A model generated the notes under the pieces. It made no database searches, was not told where the DNA came from, and worked only from the letters and a program-made list of their open reading frames with translations. Of a stretch of 55,400 nt of DNA, positions 11,885-24,018 are shown one piece after another. The stretch covers positions 12,204,470-12,259,869 of the forward strand of contig NC_057720.1 in assembly GCF_004010195.1 (NCBI RefSeq). Direction: 5' to 3'. The stretch comes from Chiloscyllium plagiosum (taxonomy: Eukaryota). The first letter of the stretch is position 1; every line of letters begins with the position of its first letter. The position numbers and the translations under genes are program-made.

Positions 11885-13160
11885 GGAGTCACTGAAACCA
11901 CTGAATCTTGAGAAGGAGCGCCAGTGAGGCAGTCAGCTGCTCCAAGACTGCTACCTCAGTGGATTCTTGATTTAGATTTCCAAGAAATCTTTAAATGACA
12001 GCAAGCTCTTCTCCAGAGATAATTGCTGAGGTATTCAGAGCTTTACAGAGCAGAGGGAGAGGCAGAGCCGGACAGTCACAGGTTCATTTAGAGAGTAAAC
12101 AGCAGTGTACTTTTAGGAGAAAGTGAGGACTGCAGATGCTAGCGATCAGAGTCAAAAAGTGTGGTGCTGGAAAAGCACAGCAGGTCAGGCAGCATCCGAG
12201 GAGCAGGAGAGTCAACGTTTCGACCATAAACTCTTCTTTAGGAATGGGCTGGGGGTGAGCGCGAGGGTGATAGATGTCTGCGAGGTCATTTGGGGGGGGT
12301 TGGGCTGGGGGTAAAATAGCTGGGAATGTAATAGGTAGATGAAGGTGGTATGTGTTGGTAATAGGTCAGAGCAAGGTGGAGCGGATAGGTGGGAATTAAG
12401 ATGGAGAGGTAGGACAGATCAAGAGGACAGTGCCAAGTTGGAGGGTTGGATTTGGGATCATGTTGGGGGAGGGGAGATGAGGAAACTAGTGAAGTTAATG
12501 CTGATTCTGTGTGATTGGAGAATCCCAAGGTGGAAGATGAGGTATTCTTTCTCCAGGCATTGGGTGGCTAGGATTTGGCGGTGGAGGAGTCTCAGGACTT
12601 TTTGTGCTTTTAGTTTAGCGGACCCCAAAACAGTGAGGGCAGAAAGGGAGAAGCCCTAATTTGTTTAGAAGAAAACTCCAAATGCAGAAGTCAGACAGGA
12701 AGACATTTGAGAAGGCTGTTGAAGACATGGGTTTAATGAACACATGTCCAGTAGTAATAGTGAGCTAAGCTAGCAGCTTGCTTAAAGGTCTCGAACTGAT
12801 GCGTTAATTGAGGAGAATAGCATCGAGTGGATGCAAAACACCTCACCAAAAAGAAACTGATTATGGAGATGCCAGTTGAACATGGAGCTTTGGCAAAGAG
12901 ATAAAGAGAACCTTCACTGAGGTTTGAGTGCCTGTCAGGTTATTGTTGGGGGAGAAAGTTTGAATCTTTCCTTTTGATATTTGTTACGAGCTAGTTCGAA
13001 TAATCTTTGTATAATGTAATGTAGTTTGCGTTTTTTTCCCCTGTTATGTAATAAATATTTATGTTCTATTGTTCAAAGTACATAAAACTGTGGTCTTTCA
13101 AACCAGTTCTTAATTTAGGATCTCACTCATCCAGCATTACCATCAGCTAGGATCATAACA
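11885..13160 (+). mobile_element. Probable solo LTR (Gypsy-like), 5' end obscured, interrupted by a PLE
   Basis: AATAAA at about 13050 and a terminal ...ctaggatcataaCA at 13160, resembling LTR 3' ends; no ORF. Confidence 0.4.
12116..12600 (-). mobile_element. Penelope-like element 3' end (family A)
   Basis: Minus strand reads GIY-YIG C-terminus, then a C-rich tract, a decayed hammerhead core (about 12210-12245) and the standard tail. Confidence 0.8.
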
Positions 13161-13469
13161 GACGTATGCTATCAAATAAATGAATGGAGGAGGTCCAGAT
13201 GATTTATCTCATTTGCAATTATTTTCTGTTCTAGAGAGTTAAACTTTCAAGGCATTCATTAAAATAAATGTGCTTGAAATGTATACTTTAAGAATATTGT
13301 GGGAATTGATGATTTGCAAACTGAACTAACTTTAACAGACTAAACAGACGAATACTCTCTGTATAACAATAATTCAAGCCTGTTCTTCTTGCAGACACTG
13401 CACAGTCTGCCTTATGACGAACATGGTCAGACACATTAACTTTATTAACATTCTTGGAAATGAAGCTTT

Positions 13470-14005
13470 TTTTCATTTTCTTGTGGGATGTGGGTGTCCC
13501 TGGCTGGGCCAGCAATTATTGCCCATCCCTAGTTGCCCTTGAGAAGGTAGTGCTGAATTGCCTTCTTGAATCACTGCAGATCACACATTGTGGGTTGACC
13601 CAAAATGCCGTAGGGAGGGAATTCCAAGATTTTGAGCTAGCAACAGTGAAGCAACAGCAATATATTTCCAAGTCAGGATGGTGAGTGGCTTGGAAGGAAC
13701 TTGAAGGTGGTGGTGTTCCCATGTATCTGTTGCTATTGTCCTTCCAGAGCATGGTCATGGTTGTGAAAGTTGCCATTGAGGGATCTTTGGCAGATTCTGC
13801 AGTGTATCCTGTGGATCATACACCCTGCTGCTACTGAGCACCAGTGGTGGAAGGAGTTGGTGTTTGTGGAAGTAGTGCCAATGAAGCTGGCTGCTTTGTC
13901 CTGGATGGTGTCAAGCTTCTTGTATGTTGTTGGAGCTACTCTCATCCAGGCAAGTGGAGAGTATTCCATCACACTCTGGACTTTTGCCTTAAAGACGGTG
14001 GACAG
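13470..14005 (-). mobile_element. L2/CR1-group LINE 3' end
   Basis: KAKVQSVMEYSPLAWM..APTTYKKLDTIQDKAA..SKSWNSLP; same family as 45860-47745. Confidence 0.8.
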
Positions 14006-14044
14006 GAACAAAACCGCAGCAGGTCTGGCATCATCTGCGAAGAG

Positions 14045-14405
14045 AAATCAGACATTTTGGGTCCAGTCATGAGTTGGAGACTTTTCTCCAGAGTATAAAT
14101 GTCAAACACAAGGGGACATAGCTTTAAGGGAAAGGGTGAAGGGGGGAAATGTTTAAAGGAGATGTGCAATGCAAGTTTATTACACAGAGGTGGTAAGTGC
14201 CTGGATTGTTTTGCAAGTGGAGGTGGTAGAAGCAGATACAATAGCAACATTTTAGAGGCACTTAGACAGACACATGAACAGGCAGGAAATAAAGGGATAC
14301 AGACCATGTACAGGTAGATAGGATTAGTTTAGAATGTCATTATGGTCAGTATAGACATGGTGGCTGAAGGGCCTGTTCCTGTGCTGCACTATTCTATTTT
14401 CTATG
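14045..14405 (+). mobile_element. CR1 LINE 3' end (older)
   Basis: SNTRGHSFK..; tail ggcctgttcctgtgctgcactattctat. Confidence 0.75.
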
Positions 14406-14547
14406 TGAACCTATTCCTCCCAGAGATATAAGTCCATTAACATTGTCACTGTACTAACATTGCCCTGTGGGCTCATTTTTATTATTGCAACAACAACATG
14501 ATTTGAAACTTTTACTTCCCTGAGTATACAGATCAAGCCCCAGTCTG

Positions 14548-14638
14548 CTCCTCGGATACTGCCTGACCTGCTGTGCTTTTCCAGCACCACTCTAGCCTTG
14601 ACTCTAATCTCCAGCATCTGCAGTATCCACTTTCGCCC
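14548..14638 (+). mobile_element. Truncated Penelope-like terminal repeat (family A)
   Basis: ctgctcctcggatactgcctgacctgctgtgcttttccagcacc...; hammerhead part absent. Confidence 0.7.
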
Positions 14639-15772
14639 AGAGTCATGAAGACATACATTAAGATGACATTGCCATTTTCTTGTTGCTTTCTGTAGGATGC
14701 TCCTGTGCATTGATTACATAGAACGTAGAACAGTACAGCACAGAACAGGCCCTTCAGCCCACGATGTTGTGCCGACCACTGACCCTCATGTATGCACCCT
14801 CAAATTTCTGTGATTGAAGTGTTTCTCTGTATTATAAACAAGTGATTAGATTTCAGAAGAACTTCATTAATTCTCAAGCATTCAGAGGTTGTGAAGGGCA
14901 TTAACTGAATGTGGATTCTTCTTCTTGATAACATCTGAGTATAGTACTGTCTAAGTCACCATATTTCGATGCTCCAGTTTCCCTTTCACAAGTCCGAGGA
15001 AGATTACATGGCTCAAAACAAAGAGTCTTCCCTGGGTTCAGGTCACTAATTTCTCCCCAAACAATTATCACTGAAATCAGAACCTATAGGAGAGTCACGT
15101 TGGACTTGAAATGGTAATTCTGCTTCTCTCTCCAGATACGACTGCCAGACGTTTTGTTGATTATGTGCTAAACACAGAAGATCTGGTAATTTGTTTCCCT
15201 GCTGTTTGTAGAAACTTGCTGTCTGCCAATCAGCTGTCATTGCAACATTACAGCAGGGATATACTTCAAAACCACTTGCACTTACGTTGAGGTTTCACAT
15301 GTACTAGAAAGACAGTCACTTTTGTAGAAACAAATCCCCTGGTAGCAGCTAGTCCAGCTGCTAGTAAGCAGATCAGGGAACACTGTTCTTTGAAAAGTGC
15401 CATGGGCTCTCCTGCATCCTCCTGAGAGGACAAATAGGTCTCTTTCTGTCTCTTCTGAAAGACAGCACCTCCAACAGTGCAATACAGCAATCCCTCAGCA
15501 CTGCACTGAAGCGAAAACCTACATGATGACAGCAACTAAAAACATATTGCAATGGAGAAACTCAGCAGGTTTGGCAGCTGCTGTGGAGAAGATTTGAGTT
15601 AATGTTTGTATTCTAAAGTCCAAAGTCGGAAATTTGGTGATTAACTCTGTTTCTCTCTCCTCTGATCCTATCAGGCCTGTTAAGTTTCTCTAGCACATTC
15701 TGATTTTATTTTGGATTTCCAGAATCTAAATATTATGCAGAAAACTCAATGTAATAGCATTTTAATCCATAT

Positions 15773-16582
15773 TAGAGTCATGGAGTCATAGAGGTGTACA
15801 GCATGAAAACAGACCCTTTGGTCCAACCCATCCATGCTGACCAGATATCCCAACCCAATCTAGTCCCACCTACCAGCACCCTCCAAACCCTTCTTATTCA
15901 AATACCCATCCAAATACCTTTTAAATGTTGTAATTGTACCAGCCTCCACCACTTCCTCTGGCAGCTCATTCCACACACATAACACCCTCTGCGTGAAAAT
16001 GTTACACCTTAGGTCTCTTTTATATCTTTCCCCTCTCACCCTAAACCTATGGCCTCTAGTTCTGGACTCCCCCCACCCCAGGGAAAATACTTTGTCTGTT
16101 TATCGTATCCATGCCCCTCATAATTTTGTAAACCTCAATAAGGTCACCCCTCAGTCTCCGATGCTCCAGGGAAAACAGCCTCAACCTATTCAGTCTCTCC
16201 CTGTAGCTCAAACCCTCCAACCCTGGCAACATCCTTGTAAATCTTTTCTGAACCTTTTCAAGTTTCACAACATCTTTCCGATAGGAAGGAGAGCAGAACT
16301 GCACACAATATTCCATCAGTGGCCTCACCAATGTCCTGTACAGCCGCAACATGACCTCCCAACTCCTGTACTCAATACCCTGACCAATAAAGGGAAGCAT
16401 ACCAAACGCCTTCTTCACTATCGTATCTACCTGCAACTCCACTTTCAAGGAGCTATGAACCCGCACTCCAAGGTCTCTTTGTTCAGCAACACTCCCCAGG
16501 ACCTTACCATTCAGTGTATAAGTCCTACTAAGATTTGCTTTCCCAAAATGCAGCACCTCGCCTTTATCTGAATTAAACTCCA
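15773..16582 (-). mobile_element. CR1 LINE, RT C-terminal region to 3' end
   Basis: ORF 16056-16745(-): FNSDKGEVLHFG..QRDLGV..LYRTLVRPLMEYCVQF..RRLRGDLIEVYKIM. Confidence 0.95.
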
Positions 16583-17314
16583 CCTCTGCATTGAGGTTGC
16601 TATCCATTGAGCCACGGTTGACACACAGGAAAATTGTGGACCTCAATAAGGTAGGAATTGATACTTCTGCATCCAACTTCTCCAATAGGAAAATATCTTG
16701 CCCGATATTCTTACTAATATGGCACTTATTTCTTTTAACGAACAACCCATTTTCACAGAGTTTCAGAATATTTCAATAACACAGTGAACACTTTCAATTC
16801 TAAGTTTGCATTGTATTGCTATGAGTGGCTGCTAGAGCCTTATGTTCTGATTAAGTCAGCAATTAGGCACTGGATAAGATCATAAACTGAGAGCCAAGGC
16901 TCAAACTCTGAGCATTTCAGAATCTAGTTTTACAAGCTGGTAATATGAAACTGATTGAACTGACTGAGGCTGAATCATTAAAGGATCTTTATTGTAAGGC
17001 TTTTCTTTCAGCTGGTTCTAAATTATCTGCCTCGCACTTCACATTTACTTGATACATCCGAGTATAAGAACTGACACCTTATAATTGATGGCTGATCAAA
17101 GTTTCTATATTGTATTGGGTGTAATCGATAAATGGATAGAGCATCGATTTGTGAGCACTGACCTTGTAAGGGTGGTTCTGGTCTTAGTTGTAATGAACGA
17201 TTGCTGTGGAAAATTGGCTACAGCATCAGTCAGAACCTCAAGATATTCCACAGCATGTTATAACAAATAAAACACTTCTGAAGTGTAGTCACTGCTACTT
17301 TGGAAGATAGTGGC

Positions 17315-18030
17315 GTCATGATAATATCATTCAATAAGTAATCCCGAAGACTGACGAATGCCTTGAGGCTGTGGGCACGAATCCCACCACTGCAACTGGT
17401 TGGAATTTGAATACAAATTAATAAATCTGGAATATAAAGTTAACCTGAGTGATGATGACCATGAAACGATCATTGATTGGTCGTCCAGGACAAAGTAGCT
17501 CCTTAATTGGCACTTCACCCACAAGCAGCCACTCCCTCCACCATCAACGTTCAGTAGCAGCAGTGTGTACGATCTCAAGATGCACTGCAGAAATTCACCA
17601 AAGATTTCAGACAGCACCTTCCAAACCAACAAGCACATCCATCTCGAAGGACAAGTGAAGCAGATACCACTGCTTTCAAGTTCCCCTCCAAGCCACTCAC
17701 CATCCTGACTTGGAAATATATCGGTGTTCCTTCAGTGTTGCTGGCTCAAAATCCTGGAATTCCCTCCCTAACATCATTGCTGGATGGCAGTGGCTCAAGA
17801 AGACAGTTCAGCGCCACTTTCTCAAGGGCAACTAGAGATGGACAATAAATGCTGGCTCAGCCACCTATGCCCACATCCCACATCCCAAAAATGAATTAAT
17901 TAAAAAAACATCAGATTCACTAATGGTCTTTCGGGAAGGAAATCTGCCACCGTTACCTCAGTGATGGCCACTTAAGTGCCTTCTGAGATGGCATGACAAG
18001 CCATTCTGTTCAAGGGCAATTAGAGATGGA
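17315..18030 (+). mobile_element. SINE interrupted by an L2/CR1-group LINE 3' end (about 17490-17890)
   Basis: caaaatcctggaattccctccctaac...ctcaagggcaactagagatggacaataaatgctgg tail inside SINE halves. Confidence 0.7.
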
Positions 18031-19065
18031 CAGCATCTTACAGAGGAAAATGTGGCATCCAGTTGCACATCGCAAGATTCTTCTGACCAGAAGTGATCAT
18101 GACCAGTTTAGCTGTCTTAGTGATATTGGTTAATGAATAACCATTGTCCAAAAAAAAACTCTCTAGCTCTTCTTCAAAATAGTGCCACGGGATTGTTTAT
18201 GGACAAAGAAACCGCAGATGCTGGATTCCAAGGTAGACAAGCGGGAGGCTGGAAGAGCCAGGGAACATCAGGAGGTGGAGAAGCCAATGTTTCATTATGT
18301 CCAGCTGAGAAGTGGATGGGTGCTGGTTTAATGTCTTATCCAAAAGCTTGCGCCATCAACAGAGCAGCACTCCTTCTGTTTGTACTGGAGTATCAACTGA
18401 GGTTGTTAAACTCAAATTGAGGATTAACAGATCAGCCATGATCCCATTGAAAGGTAGAGAAGACTCAATCGGATGAATGGGCTACTTCTGCTCCTGTGTC
18501 TTATGGTCTAATGGTCTAATCCCTGAGTTGAACCCAAACTCTCAATTTTCAGAGGTGAGAGTGCCCACATTGAACAACAATGAAAATTTACTGACTCACA
18601 TCCATTATGGGCACTATACTCCTAGAGCCCATGATAGCTGAAATTGTTCTCAGGTGCTATCCCTTTCCCTTTCAAATCTGCTGTCATCTTTGATACCCTC
18701 AAAAACAACTCATAGCTCTATCTTGGAAAAACAGCGCCCAATCTCCATTTCCTCTCCAAAATCCGTAAGTTCAGAGTTGCCCTGTCGAAATCCATGATCA
18801 TACTTCCCACAACTCCATATTTGAATCCCTCCAATCAGATCCCCATAACAGTCTTTGAATCTCACGGCAAATTCTGTGTCTTAGCCTCCAACTCCATCCT
18901 TATCCTTGACAACTCTCTGGGATCCTTGCTCAGCCATTGCTGTCAGAATAAACCCTGAGATGAGCTCTCCACATTTTCATGCCATCTATCTATTTCCACC
19001 TTCATCATGTTGGTATATTTGCTGCTGAAACTTCATCCGCACCTTTGTGTGTACTAGCCTTGACC

Positions 19066-19385
19066 GGCACGGTGGCTCAGTGGTCAGCACTGCTGCCTCA
19101 TAGTGCCAGGGACCTGGGTTCAATTCCAGCTTCGGCTTACTGTCTGTATAGAGTTTGCCCATTCTCCCTGTGTCTGTGCGGGTTTCGTCTCACGGTCCAT
19201 AGATGTGCAGGTTAGGTGAATTGGTCATGCTAAATTATTCAGAGATGTGTGGGTTAGGTGCATTAATCAGGGGTAAATGTAGAGTAATAGGGTAGGGGAA
19301 TGGGTCTGGATGGGTTACTCTCAGAGGGTTGGTATGGACTTGTTGGGCTGAAGGGCCTGTTTCCACACTGTAGGGATTCTATATT
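19066..19385 (+). mobile_element. HE1-type SINE
   Basis: ggcacggtggctcagtggtcagcactgctgcctca...ggttcaattcc...gggcctgtttccacactgtagggattct. Confidence 0.9.
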
Positions 19386-19689
19386 CCAATGCCCATCTGG
19401 CTGGCTCCCAGTCATCCATCTTTGTAACTTTGAGTCCAGCTAAAGCTGAACTCTCTAGATCCTAATTTGCACTGGGTCCCATTCTTCCACCATCTCTGCA
19501 CATGCTGACCTGAGTTGCCTCGTGATCTAGTCCATGGCTTAATTTTAAAATTCTCATCCATTCCTGCAAACCCTTTCACCATGGTCTCACTGTAATCTCT
19601 TCCGTCCCTTGGGCATTCAAGAGCTCAGTAATTCTCCAATTCACTTCTCATGCATGTACACAAATTTATTCGATCCAGCTAAGAAAAGT

Positions 19690-20220
19690 TTGGTTAGATC
19701 ACATTTGGAGAATTGCGAGCAGTTCTGGTTGCCATAATATAGGAAGGATATGGAACTTATGCAGAGGGTGCAAATGAGGTTGATCAGGATGTTGCCTGGA
19801 TTGGAGTGTATTAGCTACAAGGAGAGGTTGGACAAACTTGGATAGTTTTTACGAGAACATAGGAGGCTGAGGATAGCAGTATATAAAATGATGAGAAGTA
19901 TGGATAGGTTGGATAGTCAGACTTTTTTTTCCCGGGTGGAAATGTGAAATACTAGGGGGTGTAAGGTGAGAGGGGAAAGTTTAAAGGAAGTGTGCGAGGC
20001 AAGTGTTTTAGGCAGAGAATGGTAGGCGCCTGGAACGTGCTTCCAAGTGGTAGAAAAGTGATTGCAAAGTTTAAGAGGCATTAAGAGAGACACATGAACA
20101 GATAGGGAATAGAAGGATATGGACCATGTGCAGGCAGATGGAATTAGTTTAGAATGGTATCATGGTTGGCATTGACATGGTGGGCTGAAGGGCCTATTCC
20201 TGTGCTGTACTATGTTCTAT
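19690..20220 (+). mobile_element. CR1 LINE 3' fragment
   Basis: cagttctggttgccataatataggaaggat...cctgtgctgtactatgttctat. Confidence 0.8.
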
Positions 20221-21003
20221 CATTGTTGACTCTGCCTTCAACTGCCTGGCTCCAAAGTTCTGGAATTCCCTTTCCAACTTCATAAATTTCTCCTCCTTTA
20301 AAATGTACCTACATTTTAAGTGAAGCTTTTGATCATCTGTCTGAATTCTTCTTTACGTGGTTTTGAATCTGGTTTTGTTTGTTAACACAGCTGTGACAAC
20401 ACCTTGGTCCATTTTACTATGGTCAAAGTGTTAAATAAATGCAAGTTGTTGTTGTGAAAGCATAAAACTTCTCCAATCCTCAACTAGCAAGTATTTTTAT
20501 AATTTTAAAAGAACTCTTCTTTTTTGTACTTAGTCAATTTGCTCTTGTTAATAAGATGCCAGATTTGCCTTGGCGTTTTTCACAAGATGTCAAAGTGTAG
20601 ACTACTATATAGTAGAAAGAATGTTACACCATAAATTCAGCAGAAGGATAGCCTAGTGACATATTAATCCAGAGACCCAGGTAATACTCTGGGCTAGGAT
20701 TTAAATTGAGCCAGGTTCAAATCCTGCCTTAGCAGATGGTGCAATGCGAATTCAATTTTAAAAATCTAGAATTAAGAGTCTAGTGATGAAGCTGCTGATT
20801 ATCAGGAAAAGCTGTCCAGTTCACTAATGCTCTTTAGGGAAGGAAACTGCTATCCTACATATGACTCCAGACCACTGCAATGTATTTGACTCTTAACTGC
20901 CCTCTGGGCAATTAAGGATTGGCAATAGTTAGGAAGGCAAATGCAGTAGTCAGGAGTTAGAAAGGCAAATGCAATGATGGCGTTTATTTTGAGAGGACTT
21001 GAA

Positions 21004-21280
21004 TTTTGAGAAGGTTTGTAGCTCAGGTTGAGTTTCTGGATGTAGGTTTGCTCGCTGAGCTGGAAGATTCATTTTCTGATGTTTCATCACCGTACTAGGT
21101 AACATCTTCAGTGAGCCTCCAGCCGAAGCACTGCTGATGTTTCCTGCTTTCTATTTATATGTTTGGGTTTCTTTGGGTTGGTGATGTCATTTCCTGTGGT
21201 GATGTCATTTCCTATGGTGATGCCATTTCCTCAGGAGGTGGTAAATGGGATCCAAGTCAATGTGTTTGTTGATAGAGTAA
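21004..21280 (-). mobile_element. Penelope-like element 3' end (family D) with hammerhead motif
   Basis: Minus strand reads SINKHIDLDPIYHLL, then an 18-bp tandem repeat x3 (21180-21231), then CTGAAGA-TGTTACC-TAGTAC-GGTGAT-GAAAC (21076-21115). Confidence 0.7.
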
Positions 21281-23351
21281 CGGGTCTATCTGACTAGGCC
21301 TGGAACATTAGAATTGTTTTCTCTGGCTTGTCTCCTTCCTTACATTGCTCATTATAACCTTCCACTTTTGACCAATAGTTACTCACCCTAATAGCCTTCA
21401 GGGCTGGTAACAAGTTATCACCAAAAATGCCCCTGTGAAGTGCCTTGGAACATCTTACTACTGTCGCTATGTCAATGTAACTTGTAATTGGAATTAAAAG
21501 ATGATGTGAAAATGGGACATATTCATATTTGTTTCTAAAGCCATTTTGGTGATTGCTGTGGATGCAAAGATTGGAGGAGCAAATTACTACAGATGCTGCA
21601 ATCCGTACTGAAACCAAAAAATGCTGGAGATCAAAGCAGGACAGACAACATCCATGGAGAAAAAGCAAGGTAACGTTTTGAGTCTAGATGACTCTGTCTC
21701 AGGATTGACCATGCTAAATTGAAGCATCCATAGATGTGCAGGTCAGGTGGGTCGACTATGAAAAATCTGTGGTTACGGGGATAGATTGGGATGCTCTTCG
21801 GAGGGTCAGTGCATACTCAGTCGGCCAAATGGCCTCTATCTGCATTTTAGTGATTTGATGATTCAAAGATGTGGGAGTTTTCCCGGCCAGCCATAGTACA
21901 GAAGGCAACAGCAAACCACATTGCCATGCGTAATTATGGTTGAAAAGTGTGGTTCGACCCTGATCTCCAGCATCTGCAGTCCTGACTTTCTCCAAGTGTA
22001 ATCATAGACCAACTTAAATCATGGATGTTCACAGTTGCCAATGCCCTCTTAAGGCATAGTACTTGAAGAGACAGAAAAGGAATTATTGTAGCAGAGAGAT
22101 TCTGGCATTTTGTTTTGTCGGTACATCTCTGGCTCAGTTAGAGAGAAATATGCGCACTTTGGGAAACAGACAATTGGTGAGCAATTTGTTTTGAATTGAC
22201 CTAGATACAGTGACATTGGGAGATACATCTGCAACTTGCAGCTGCCAAGGAAAAAAAAATCATCTTGAAAAGGTCTCTAATCGCAAAGTTGGCTAAAAAA
22301 CACAATGATAAACTTGACAATCTAGATGTTGTACTCCACGTTTCTGATCTAGAAGATAGGACAGAGACAACAAAATGCTGACTTCAATTAACCCTGAACT
22401 AACCTGGGAATTCTTCAATAATAGTGAAGCTACCAAATCAGAACTGAAAAATATCACACACAACTGCTCTGTTGACCCAGTTACTTTAACAGGAGTAATA
22501 TCTTCGATAGGGGAGAAGTTACACTTAAATTCTTTCAGTATTCATCCAATACCATTCAAAGGACTTATTTTGCAGACAGATGCAACGAAGGAACTCTATG
22601 CAATCCCCTCATGATCGTAAAAGTTATCAGAATTAATTTATGATACAGAAAATAACAGGAACCTCCTAGTGCATACTACTTAAAATATTCAAAATATCAC
22701 GGAGAGCCAAGATATTAATGTGTTGCTTTGAAAATAGAAAACTCCCGGGGAATGATGGATGAACTAAATGGAACAAACTGGAAAATGTTACTGGAAGATT
22801 TCACAGTTGCGCAGAAATGCTTCGGGTTTAAACTGTGATGCTATATGCATGTACAACCTACAGCAACTTTTTCTAAACCAACAATTCCCAAAACAGAAAA
22901 ACAGGGCAACAGAAGAAGGCATCACAGTCTATACAAAGTTTACGGGAGAAATGGGGAGAAAGACCTTTCGGATGAGAATAAGAATTTGCTGAGCTGGGCT
23001 AAAAGGACAGATAGAAATGCAACAAATGGTCAAGAGATGAGAGCAGTTAAAGGCATTTAAAAAAATCTTCTAACAGTGCAATAAAGCCAGAGTTGGGTGT
23101 TAGAGAAAGTTAAATCAAAGTCAAGAACTATTCATAAGAAAGAATAACATTAAGGTACCCAATTTCTCCTGTGAAACAAATATCGCTGATAATGTTAAAG
23201 TTGATGTTACAGATTGTATGTGCAGATGATTGGATGTTGACTGATATGGTCTCAGTTGAGTAGCAGGTTAATATCCCATTGTGGTTTATGGTGTGGGATA
23301 TGATTATGATTCTGAGGAGTTAATGTTGAGCTGTATTGAACTCTACCCAAC

Positions 23352-23430
23352 TCCCTATGAAACATAGAACTCTTGCCTCCACCCAGTCTGTGTCTTTGAA
23401 CGGAGGCAAGAGTTCTATGCTTCATAGGGA
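23352..23430. repeat. Near-perfect inverted repeat (29-bp arms, 1 mismatch, 21-nt loop)
   Basis: tccctatgaaacatagaactcttgcctcc (23352-23380) pairs with ggaggcaagagttctatgcttcataggga (23402-23430). Confidence 0.95.
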
Positions 23431-23545
23431 ACAGATGTATTCTGTACAGATCCTGAAGACTCTTAGCAATATCTTGTACTTTAATTTGTACTTATTGCTG
23501 TCATCTAACAATCCAATTTGTTAATGAAAACAAGTGAGTCTTCAT

Positions 23546-24018
23546 CATAGGATCCCTACATTACGGAAGCAGGCCATTCATCCCATCAGGACCACACTGC
23601 CCCTCCAAAGAGCATCCTGCCCAGACCCACTCCTCTACCCTATCCCTGTAACCCTGCATTCCCACAGCCAATCCACCTAACCTGCATATCTTTGGACTGA
23701 TGTGGAGGTGCCAGTATTGGACTGGGGTGGACAAGGTTAGAAGTCACACGACACCAGGTTATAGTCCAACAGGTGTATTTCAAATCACAAGCTTCTGGAG
23801 TATCAGGTGAAGATTTCAAATAAGTCTGTTGGACTATAACCTGGTGCCATGTGACTGCTGACCTCACGTTTGCACTGTGGGAGGAAACCAGAACACCTGG
23901 AGGAAACCCACACAGAAACAGGGAGAGCACAGAAACTCCACGCAGACAGTCGCCCGAGGCTGGAATCGAACCGAGGTGCTGTGAGACAGCGGTGCTAACC
24001 ACTAATCACTGTACCGCT
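23546..24018 (-). mobile_element. HE1-type SINE containing a palindromic family-B PLE insertion (about 23700-23867)
   Basis: SINE split at tttggactg / tttgcactg (TSD-like). The insert has inverted caccaggttatagtccaacag / ctgttggactataacctggtg. Confidence 0.8.

Noticed and set aside
21180..21231. CRISPR-like repeat array
   Set aside because: Contiguous 18-bp tandem repeat with no spacers, inside a PLE in eukaryotic DNA.
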